From: an uncultured virus (IMG/VR IMGVR_UViG_3300034178_000025)
Taxonomy: Duplodnaviria; Heunggongvirae; Uroviricota; Caudoviricetes
Virus record (IMG/VR): IMGVR_UViG_3300034178_000025
Direction: 5' to 3' (one strand)
DNA length: 20,000 nt
Shown here: positions 1-6,735 of the stretch, one piece after another
Layout of the letters: every line of letters starts with the position of its first letter
Numbering within the stretch: the first letter of the stretch is position 1
The notes under the pieces: model-generated
Database searches by the model: none
What the model was told of the DNA's origin: nothing
The model's input: only the letters and a program-made list of their open reading frames with translations
Made by a program: the position numbers and the translations under genes

Positions 1-298
1 CCGATTGAGTATTGACCAGAAAGTCTTGCATCTCTCCAGTTCGTACATTTATCGGATGGTCGGGAGGGTATCCGTAGGCTGCACGGATTTGTTGAGTCGC
101 CTGCTCTAGCGGATGCCAAGCCCCAGAGACGTCGTCACCCTCTGAGGTGAATCTCCCTTGAATCCGGTTTCGAATGAAAGGATCAACGATGCCCTGCAGG
201 AAGGTAGCTAGACCAGCAGGACTTAGCCTGGTCTGCAACTGGAGAATTACTGCAGCAGCTTCGGTTGTATCCGCATCGATCTCTACATAGAAGCTCAC
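1..298 (-). CDS. Phage virion morphogenesis / tail completion protein (Mu gpG-like), truncated by the window edge
   Basis: Not in the ORF track. Manual translation from GTG at 298 (AGGAG upstream) gives MSFYVEIDADTTEAAAVILQLQTRLSPAGLATFLQGIVDPFIRNRIQGRFTSEGDDVSGAWHPLEQATQQIRAAYGYPPDHPINVRTGEMQDFL..., matching the F-x-x-EG...W-x-PL-x3-T...R...RTG pattern of this family. It follows the gp36-like gene. Confidence 0.7.
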   Translation of the reverse strand, partial: MSFYVEIDADTTEAAAVILQLQTRLSPAGLATFLQGIVDPFIRNRIQGRFTSEGDDVSGAWHPLEQATQQIRAAYGYPPDHPINVRTGEMQDFLVNTQS

Positions 299-306
299 GT
301 CAGCTC

Positions 307-819
307 CTAGTAGGTGTACGGACTACGTCCGCCAAAGTAAGCAGGAGGACGGCAGGCGAGCAGCGAAGACTGTGCGGGATTTCCGAACACAACACCGAAC
401 TGCTCAACCGCCGAGACATCATCCGCGAACGAAGCCTGCGGCCCAGTCGTTCGCTGATTGTCGCCAGGGTTCACCGGGTCCGCGCCCGGCAGAATGATGG
501 TTCCGTCGACTATCTGATTGAGAGCCATCATGGCCTGCTCAACAAGATACTTGGCGTACTGATGCAGCTGATCATCCTCCCCGCCAGCGTCAAGCGCCAT
601 CAGGAGTCGACCACTTGCCAACCAAGCGTTGATACGCTTCAGTAGCAGCGCGCCAGCCCGCTGCGCCTGAATACCTACGTCGAGAACGATGGGGGTGACG
701 TACTGCAGGCCGAGGATCGAGTCCATCTCGTCAGCCGTCGACTGAACGTAAGTCGCAGCGGAAGATGGAGTCGGAACATTGCCAAGCAGCAAATCACCGA
801 CCGCGCAGTACGTCGCCAT
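307..819 (-). CDS. Head-to-tail adaptor, Mu gp36/DUF1320-like
   Basis: 170 aa with YC-x3-DL at the N-terminus, A-DE-MD-x2-L-x3-Y-x2-P, and A-x3-L-x2-I-x2-G-x3-L near the C-terminus; lies downstream of the capsid gene. Confidence 0.7.
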   Translation of the reverse strand: MATYCAVGDLLLGNVPTPSSAATYVQSTADEMDSILGLQYVTPIVLDVGIQAQRAGALLLKRINAWLASGRLLMALDAGGEDDQLHQYAKYLVEQAMMALNQIVDGTIILPGADPVNPGDNQRTTGPQASFADDVSAVEQFGVVFGNPAQSSLLACRPPAYFGGRSPYTY

Positions 820-828
820 CCGATTTCC

Positions 829-1158
829 TTACTTGTCGATCGTGGGCGCGGGAGTCGAAGAACCAGTGGTCTTCGCCTTCCCCTTGTCCGCCTCGACCGG
901 CTCCTGTCGCGGCGAAGTCCGAGCGTTCTCGGCCGTCATCTTCTCGACGTCGGTCGGAAGACCGGAGCGAACCAGGAGATCCACATCCTCCTGAGACAGG
1001 AACGGCTTCTCGGTGTCGCTCGCGTAGGTACGGTACTCCGCCGAGACGCCGATATACCCGTCGACGTTGTTTCCCGCAACTCGGAAGTCTCGTCCGACAG
1101 TGCGAACGACAAAGTCTCCGTCGGGGGTTTGGTCCTGAGTGTTTGCCTTGTCCGCCAT
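829..1158 (-). CDS. Hypothetical protein of the head module (109 aa)
   Basis: ATG preceded by GAGAGGGAA, GC3-rich codons, fits operon spacing. Confidence 0.75.
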   Translation of the reverse strand: MADKANTQDQTPDGDFVVRTVGRDFRVAGNNVDGYIGVSAEYRTYASDTEKPFLSQEDVDLLVRSGLPTDVEKMTAENARTSPRQEPVEADKGKAKTTGSSTPAPTIDK

Positions 1159-1175
1159 CGGACGATTCCCTCTCT

Positions 1176-1213
1176 GAAACAGAAGGGGGGTCGGTAGTCT
1201 AACCGACCCCCCT
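1176..1213 (-). terminator. Rho-independent terminator after the capsid genes
   Basis: 12-bp perfect inverted repeat AGGGGGGTCGGT / ACCGACCCCCCT (1184-1195, 1202-1213) with a 6-nt loop, followed on the minus strand by TCTGTTTC. Confidence 0.8.
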
Positions 1214-1227
1214 GCGTGTTCGACCTG

Positions 1228-1425
1228 TCAGCGCTCGGTGACGGCGACGACTCGCCAGCCCGTCCCCTTGCGACCGGTGCCGGTGAAGACGAGTCCGCCT
1301 CCGCCGCCGTTCTCTCCATGGAACGCGGTCGTCATGTACTTGCCGGTTCCAGTCCCGCGTGCGTACTGCGGAAGCTGGCCCGGAGTCTTGACGACCACCG
1401 TTCCATCGGCATTGCGCTTTGCCAT
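1228..1425 (-). CDS. Small Gly/Thr-rich protein (65 aa), probable capsid-associated protein
   Basis: Strong SD AGGAGG upstream of the ATG, capsid-like codon bias, located between the capsid stop codon and the terminator. Confidence 0.75.
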   Translation of the reverse strand: MAKRNADGTVVVKTPGQLPQYARGTGTGKYMTTAFHGENGGGGGLVFTGTGRKGTGWRVVAVTER

Positions 1426-1434
1426 TGCTGCCTC

Positions 1435-2676
1435 CTAGTACACGTCGTACGTGAAGGTGTACTCCATGTGCGGGAAGACCGGGAACGTCTTGATCCCGGT
1501 ACCCATGTCCAGGCCCCAGGGGTCCACCCCGAAGTCCTTCTCCCACTCGTAGAAGCCGGGAGTCCACAGACCCGCCGGGTGCGGCGAGGTGAGGAACCGG
1601 CCGAGGCCGAGTCCAGTCTCGTCGAAATCGTTGATGTCCGACTCTTCGGGAAGGAAGATGACCCGGTTCTCCGGAACGAACCGGTTCAGCGTGAAGGTCG
1701 TCGCGCCGACTGCCCGCGTACGGTACACGCTGTCGTACTCCGTGAACGTCAAGCCGGTCTGCTGCTCGACGATCGCCTGCGCAGCGTTCGGACCCCAGCC
1801 GTCGACCAGGTACCGCGGGTCCCCCATCAGGGGGGTGGCACCGGGGTTCAGGACCAGGCCGGTTCGCTGTGCGAAGAACGCGCTGTTCAGGATGTTGCTG
1901 AGCGCCTGACGCGAGATCAGCGCCCGAGTGATCCGGATGCCGTAGACGTTCCAGGCGTACTGCTGAATCTTGGTGATGTCACCGATCGGGTCCGAAGTGT
2001 TGTTCGGAGTCGTGTTCCAGGCGGAACCGAAGGCACCCATGCCCAGCGGGTTTGCGGCCGGAGCCATCGCCTGCTGCGCCGAGGGCCGACCCCAGTCCAC
2101 CGTGAACTTGATCTTGCCGTCGTTGTAGGCGTACACCCCAGTCGACAGCGAGGTCATGCCGAGATCTTCGATCCGGTTGTCGAGCTTCCGACGCCGACGC
2201 ATGGTGTCACGCGCCATCTTGACGTTGAACTCGGAGGTCATCGAGTTGACCGTCAGGGCCAGCTCGTTCGAATCCCGCATGACCTCCTGGATGCTCAGCC
2301 AGTCGCGGTACCGCGAGACATCCGAGGCCACGTAGTGGTCCTTGACTGCCCAGTCGATGACCGACGCCCGAGCCTCGCCGCCGAAGATGTCATCCTTCTG
2401 CGCGAGCTCCGACTCTGCATCCTCGGCGCGCGCCGGGGCCAGGCCGTCGGTGATGCCACGAGCATACTGGAAGATGACGTCGTCAGTCGCAACTTCCATG
2501 AATGGGAAGAGTTGCAGCGCGATGTGCATTTCCGGGGGGACGATCTCGCGAACGACACCCAGCGCCGTCTCCTGCCGAACCAGGCGGTCACGCCCGATCG
2601 GGGAAGCGAACTGCGAGCCGGAAGGCCCACCTGCGAGCCCGGCGGCAGCCGAGCCAGCCAGTCCGTTGATGTTCAT
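1435..2676 (-). CDS. Major capsid protein (HK97 fold, lambda gpE / Phage_cap_E-like)
   Basis: 413 aa, strongest codon bias in the window, DPIGDI motif and C-terminal W...DP...FPV pattern; sits downstream of the protease/scaffold and decoration genes. Confidence 0.88.
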   Translation of the reverse strand: MNINGLAGSAAAGLAGGPSGSQFASPIGRDRLVRQETALGVVREIVPPEMHIALQLFPFMEVATDDVIFQYARGITDGLAPARAEDAESELAQKDDIFGGEARASVIDWAVKDHYVASDVSRYRDWLSIQEVMRDSNELALTVNSMTSEFNVKMARDTMRRRRKLDNRIEDLGMTSLSTGVYAYNDGKIKFTVDWGRPSAQQAMAPAANPLGMGAFGSAWNTTPNNTSDPIGDITKIQQYAWNVYGIRITRALISRQALSNILNSAFFAQRTGLVLNPGATPLMGDPRYLVDGWGPNAAQAIVEQQTGLTFTEYDSVYRTRAVGATTFTLNRFVPENRVIFLPEESDINDFDETGLGLGRFLTSPHPAGLWTPGFYEWEKDFGVDPWGLDMGTGIKTFPVFPHMEYTFTYDVY

Positions 2677-2690
2677 GCTTGCCTTCCTGC

Positions 2691-3452
2691 TTACTTGAAG
2701 GTGACGTCGAGGCCCTTGGTGGACCTCATCGCGTCGGCGGTCGTGTTGGTCAGAACGACGTAGGTGTTATCCGCCTGCATTTCCAGGCACCAACCCTGGA
2801 CCGCCGTCCCGATGTACATCGCCGCGACCTCACGGTCCGACTCCATGAGCTGCCACGGAAGGAACGTGTCGTTCAGACCGACGATGTTCGCCAGCGTCTG
2901 ACGGCCGTCCGCCGCACCAGCAACACCGGCCGTGGTCGTAGTGACCGCCAGCGTACCGGTAAGACTTGCGTTGCTCACCGTCATCTGGGTGACGTTGCCG
3001 ATCTGGTTGCCGTAGAAGGTGACCGTGACTGCGGTGGTGTTGATCGGTCCACCGGCTGCCACGATGTCACCAGGCACGATGTTGTTCAGCGCTTCCAGCG
3101 CCGCCTGGATGACGGCCGCCGTCGCATTGAAGGCGATGTTCGCAGTCGTCTGACCGTTGTAGGTCAGCGTGAACGTACCTGCCGTGACCGTGGTCGGCGT
3201 AATCGTCTGAACCTCGGCTGTGCCGGAACCCTGGAACGGACCGATCTTGCCGCTATCAGGACCTGACGTGATCTTCGCCATCACGACGCCGCGCTGCAGA
3301 CTCTTCTGTCCGCCGACGTTGTCGATCGTGACCGCAGGGATGGTGGCCGCAGCGACCGTGTACGACTCGAACTTGCAGCCGGCAGACGAACGGAGGTATT
3401 CGTTCCGTCCGAACGGAGTGTTGATTGCAGTGTTCTTGGTGAACGATGCCAT
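2691..3452 (-). CDS. Head decoration protein (lambda gpD-like) with an inserted domain of about 100 aa
   Basis: L-x-RG-x-V-x-AKIT...GK-x-GP and A-x-DG-x-Q...G-L segments typical of gpD-like proteins; immediately upstream of the capsid gene; Thr/Ala-rich insert between the two motifs. Confidence 0.72.
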   Translation of the reverse strand: MASFTKNTAINTPFGRNEYLRSSAGCKFESYTVAAATIPAVTIDNVGGQKSLQRGVVMAKITSGPDSGKIGPFQGSGTAEVQTITPTTVTAGTFTLTYNGQTTANIAFNATAAVIQAALEALNNIVPGDIVAAGGPINTTAVTVTFYGNQIGNVTQMTVSNASLTGTLAVTTTTAGVAGAADGRQTLANIVGLNDTFLPWQLMESDREVAAMYIGTAVQGWCLEMQADNTYVVLTNTTADAMRSTKGLDVTFK

Positions 3453-3496
3453 GCTGTTTCTGTCCTCTCCCTGGCTCTACTCGCGCCGAGCCCTGG

Positions 3497-4066
3497 TTAG
3501 AGCTTGTAGGACGGGTTGAGCGCGACGAGGCGCTTGTACGAATCCATCTTCTCGATGACCTTGTTGGGCGTGCCGGCGTTCTTGTGCATACCGACCTGCT
3601 CCGTGAGGATCATCAGCTCGCTGGCCGTACTGGCAGCCACAGCCTGCTGGGCGGGCGCCTGGCCACCGTTTGCCACGCCACCGCCGTGCTGGCCGAGGAG
3701 TGCCGGAACCTCCATGCCATCGAAGGTCTCGGTCCAGGCCGTGTACTGAGCCGGCGAAAGACCGAGCGCGAACTTCTCGTACGACTCCGTCTTGGGGGCC
3801 GGAAGCTTGTTGGATGCCACCAGCGCCGCGACGAAGTTCTTTCGGTTGGCTTCCTGCGTATCGGCCTGGAACTTCTCCAGCGCGGTGATGTGTGCCTGCA
3901 CGGCAGTGAAGTCGGAGGTGTTTGCGCCATTCACCGAGAACACGAACGGCTGGGCGGATGCCGCCGGAGCCCCGTGCTGAACGGGAGCCTGAACGGCCGG
4001 AACCTGAGGCGTCACGGCCGGAACCCCTGCAGTCACGGCCGGAACGGCCAGAACAGGTGCGGTCAC
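3497..4066 (-). CDS. Nested in-frame scaffolding protein (189 aa, Mu gpZ-like arrangement)
   Basis: Internal AAGGAG-AAGGAC-GTG start at 4066, in frame with 4726 (660 nt apart); codon bias appears to shift toward the capsid-like pattern downstream. Confidence 0.65.
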   Translation of the reverse strand: MTAPVLAVPAVTAGVPAVTPQVPAVQAPVQHGAPAASAQPFVFSVNGANTSDFTAVQAHITALEKFQADTQEANRKNFVAALVASNKLPAPKTESYEKFALGLSPAQYTAWTETFDGMEVPALLGQHGGGVANGGQAPAQQAVAASTASELMILTEQVGMHKNAGTPNKVIEKMDSYKRLVALNPSYKL

Positions 4067-4726
4067 GTCCTTCTCCTTGCTGTTGTCGAACATGACGTAA
4101 ACCCTGGGGGACTGACCCCCGGTCTTTGATGCAGCGAAGTTTAGACCCTCCACTGCCGGAATGTCAACATAGGCAACACCCATGTAAACGGGCCAATGTT
4201 CGGCCTCAGCGTTGGTTGTGTAGCCACCGACCTCCGACGATCGATTCAGCCACAGACCAGAATCGACATCCCGTTGGGCGTCGGGGTCGAGGATCTCGTA
4301 GTCGGCCAGCAGGTAGTCGTACGTCTCGCCATCGTGCGGGGCCGTCATGCTCTTGACCGACAGTCCGGTGTGCCACCCGACAACCTTGCCGGTTCCTGGC
4401 GTGCCATTGATCAGCCAGCCGGGGTGTCCGTCTCGTACCGGAACGTTCGCAAAGGTCCCGTTGTTCCGAAGGTAGTCGAAGTTGGTTACCATCTGGTTGA
4501 GGTGGATAGCCTCCCAGGTGTTCTGGTAACCCATGCTGTCCCGGAAGGTGCCAGTTCTGAAAACCGCAACCCCCTCCATCGCGAGTACCGATCCCTTGTC
4601 GGTTGTCTTCTTGTACTTCTTCGGCTCAATACCGAACCCGTTGTGAATCGCGAAGGTAGATGCGCGCCGGTTGTTATCGAGCGCAGCCTGCCCTGGGTCA
4701 GTTACCGCCAACACTGGCGCAGTCAT
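3497..4726 (-). CDS. Capsid maturation protease (Mu gpI-like) fused to scaffold
   Basis: F-x-TG-x-F, P-V-x-x-GH, VGW, R-S-x-E and G-x-A-x-V-x-x-PAV-x-GL motifs of Mu-like prohead proteases, then an Ala/Pro/Val linker and a helical C-terminal half; SD GAGGAG. Confidence 0.8.
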   Translation of the reverse strand: MTAPVLAVTDPGQAALDNNRRASTFAIHNGFGIEPKKYKKTTDKGSVLAMEGVAVFRTGTFRDSMGYQNTWEAIHLNQMVTNFDYLRNNGTFANVPVRDGHPGWLINGTPGTGKVVGWHTGLSVKSMTAPHDGETYDYLLADYEILDPDAQRDVDSGLWLNRSSEVGGYTTNAEAEHWPVYMGVAYVDIPAVEGLNFAASKTGGQSPRVYVMFDNSKEKDVTAPVLAVPAVTAGVPAVTPQVPAVQAPVQHGAPAASAQPFVFSVNGANTSDFTAVQAHITALEKFQADTQEANRKNFVAALVASNKLPAPKTESYEKFALGLSPAQYTAWTETFDGMEVPALLGQHGGGVANGGQAPAQQAVAASTASELMILTEQVGMHKNAGTPNKVIEKMDSYKRLVALNPSYKL

Positions 4727-4997
4727 CTAACTTCTCCTCTTCAACTTCAGGTGGGATTTCAGTTTCTCTGAGTTCGGCCTTCCCGGAGGATGACCTGAAA
4801 ACTATCGTGTGCCAACGGAAGCATTCACGGCAGTTGATTGCAACTTCGCCACCAAACGCAATCAGATCGGCAAACACTCTCTGTTGCTTGAAGACCTTTA
4901 CGTGAACATAAAGTCTACCCCTAGCGTCCAAGCCATACATTGCAAGTAATGGCTTGCGTACGCAGAAGCAGTTTAATCTATGCTTCGTTCGTTCCAC
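4698..4997 (-). CDS. Small zinc-ribbon protein (Mu Com-like Cys pattern)
   Basis: 99 aa with L-x-CFC-x-x-K-x-LL...EVAINCREC; GTG starts just after the portal stop and the 3' end overlaps the protease start. Confidence 0.6.
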   Translation of the reverse strand: MERTKHRLNCFCVRKPLLAMYGLDARGRLYVHVKVFKQQRVFADLIAFGGEVAINCRECFRWHTIVFRSSSGKAELRETEIPPEVEEEKLDDCASVGGN

Positions 4998-4998
4998 A

Positions 4999-6735
4999 TC
5001 ACACCCGCTCGATTGCGATTTCGAGTCCCCGCTTTAGGGCGTGACCCTGTGCCACGGCTGAGCCAAAGGCACTCGAGCCAGCCGAAACGACATCCGCTAC
5101 GTAGGCTGTAGCCCGCTCGTAGGCGGCTTCGGCGCGAACACGACCGGCCCCCTCATCCACGAGGGCGGACACGAACTGCTTTCGGTATCCCAGATCCGGC
5201 GTATAGCCGTGACCGAGAGTTCCATCCCGACTGGCCTTGGAGAGCTGAGTGATGATGCGTTCGTGCATTGCCTCAGCGACGCGCCGAGAGCTCTGGCTCG
5301 TTCCGTCGCCCGTGGAATCCGAGTTTCCGGTTTTGCCAGCAGGATCATTGCCCGTCGGATCTTCTGTGGCGGGGTCAGCTGTTGGGTCACTCGTTACCTC
5401 CTGGACTTCGGCTAGGCTAAGCCCAGCGATGTCACCGAGTTCAACAAGGTTTGGCTTCACGGTCTTGTTGGACAGCATCTGCTGAAGCATCACCTTCACC
5501 AGGTCCATCTTGTCGTCGCCGAGTTTGCGAAACTTAATTCGAGCTCGCGGACTGGTGGGGCTGAAGTTTACATCGACCATCCGACTAAGGATGTACTCGT
5601 TGATGTACTGTGCCCAGTCACCCGCGAGCGCATTCAGCATCTGAAGGTAAACCTGTGCGTGCGTAGTGCCCAGGTTATAGCTACCCACATCAGCTGTACG
5701 CAGCATCAGCAACGGCGTGAACAGGGACAGGCTTATCTCTTCGTCCAGACGAGTCAAGTATCGATCGAAGTCGGCACCCCTCATCTGGGATTCCAAGTAC
5801 TCGATGCTGTAGTCGTACGCAGTCTCGGTACCTTGTGTGCTTCGCTCGCTAGGCAGCACCACTGCACCGCGGTTACGCAGATTCTGCAAGATGCCCATCA
5901 TGACTGTTGTGCCAGGCACCTGCTCGCCGTTGACACCGAGTGTGTCATCATATGGCGCCCTTGCGACCGGCAGCGGCTCGCCAAACCGCTCGTAGTACCT
6001 GTTGCTAAACAGGTGGATGATGATACTGAAGAACCAGCTAGAGAACGCAGGCCGTAGCAGCTTGCGTCCGTACCAGTCTCCATTCTCCATCAACAGCGGA
6101 TACCACAGTGTGTTCTCTACTGGAACTGGCCATCCAGCACCAATCTGCTGGATGCCATCGTACACCTTGATCTTCGGCTTCGGCCTGCCCGGAGGTGCCC
6201 AGCCTTCCACGTTCTTCCAGTTGACGCAGGAGTCTTCCGGAACTAGATCCTTGATCTTTGTGAGCTGGACCGTCTTCCCAGTGATATCGTTTTCCCACTG
6301 AAGAATAGACGGAGAGTACCCTGCCCAGAACGCCTGACTGAGAGCACGAACAAGCCTCGTCCACATACCGTCCAGGTTGGCCTGGCAGTGGTCACGAATC
6401 TTGGCATTGTCGCACTCGATCCTCCAGTCCAGCTGGTGCATCATGAACGTGAGGACAGAAAGAGATGCGTTTATCTGGTAGTGATCCCGCATCATCCTGA
6501 AGTCAGAAAGCGTAAGCCGACTGAGATCAAACTGCATGATCCCACCACCAGGCAGCGTGTAGTAACTTCTGTCGACACCCTGCCAACTAGGACCAAACGC
6601 CTCTCCCAACTTCGGAGGGGCTGCCTTTTTGTAATTGACAGTCTTCGTAGAAGTGCTGGCGCTACTCGCACTGGTCGTCTTCGGCAGAATCTTCGCCTTG
6701 AGCCTACTTGCTCCGCTTGATCCCAAGTCCGTCAT
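4999..6735 (-). CDS. Portal protein (Mu gp29 / DUF935-like)
   Basis: YG-x-x-LLR-x-A...ERFG-x-P motif and position after terL. Start placed at ATG 6735 (MTDLG..., GGTGGGG upstream) rather than 6912, which would overlap terL by about 200 nt. Confidence 0.85.
   Translation of the reverse strand: MTDLGSSGASRLKAKILPKTTSASSASTSTKTVNYKKAAPPKLGEAFGPSWQGVDRSYYTLPGGGIMQFDLSRLTLSDFRMMRDHYQINASLSVLTFMMHQLDWRIECDNAKIRDHCQANLDGMWTRLVRALSQAFWAGYSPSILQWENDITGKTVQLTKIKDLVPEDSCVNWKNVEGWAPPGRPKPKIKVYDGIQQIGAGWPVPVENTLWYPLLMENGDWYGRKLLRPAFSSWFFSIIIHLFSNRYYERFGEPLPVARAPYDDTLGVNGEQVPGTTVMMGILQNLRNRGAVVLPSERSTQGTETAYDYSIEYLESQMRGADFDRYLTRLDEEISLSLFTPLLMLRTADVGSYNLGTTHAQVYLQMLNALAGDWAQYINEYILSRMVDVNFSPTSPRARIKFRKLGDDKMDLVKVMLQQMLSNKTVKPNLVELGDIAGLSLAEVQEVTSDPTADPATEDPTGNDPAGKTGNSDSTGDGTSQSSRRVAEAMHERIITQLSKASRDGTLGHGYTPDLGYRKQFVSALVDEGAGRVRAEAAYERATAYVADVVSAGSSAFGSAVAQGHALKRGLEIAIERV

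Noticed and set aside
1216..2763. 515-aa plus-strand ORF, and similar antisense ORFs at 2679-3266, 3446-4129 and 4196-4771
   Set aside because: Antisense shadows of strongly codon-biased structural genes; no SD and no recognisable motifs.
3468..3492. Small hairpin (GGCTC...GCGA loop...GAGCC, minus strand) before the decoration gene SD
   Set aside because: Short stem and no U-tract; could be chance in GC-rich DNA.
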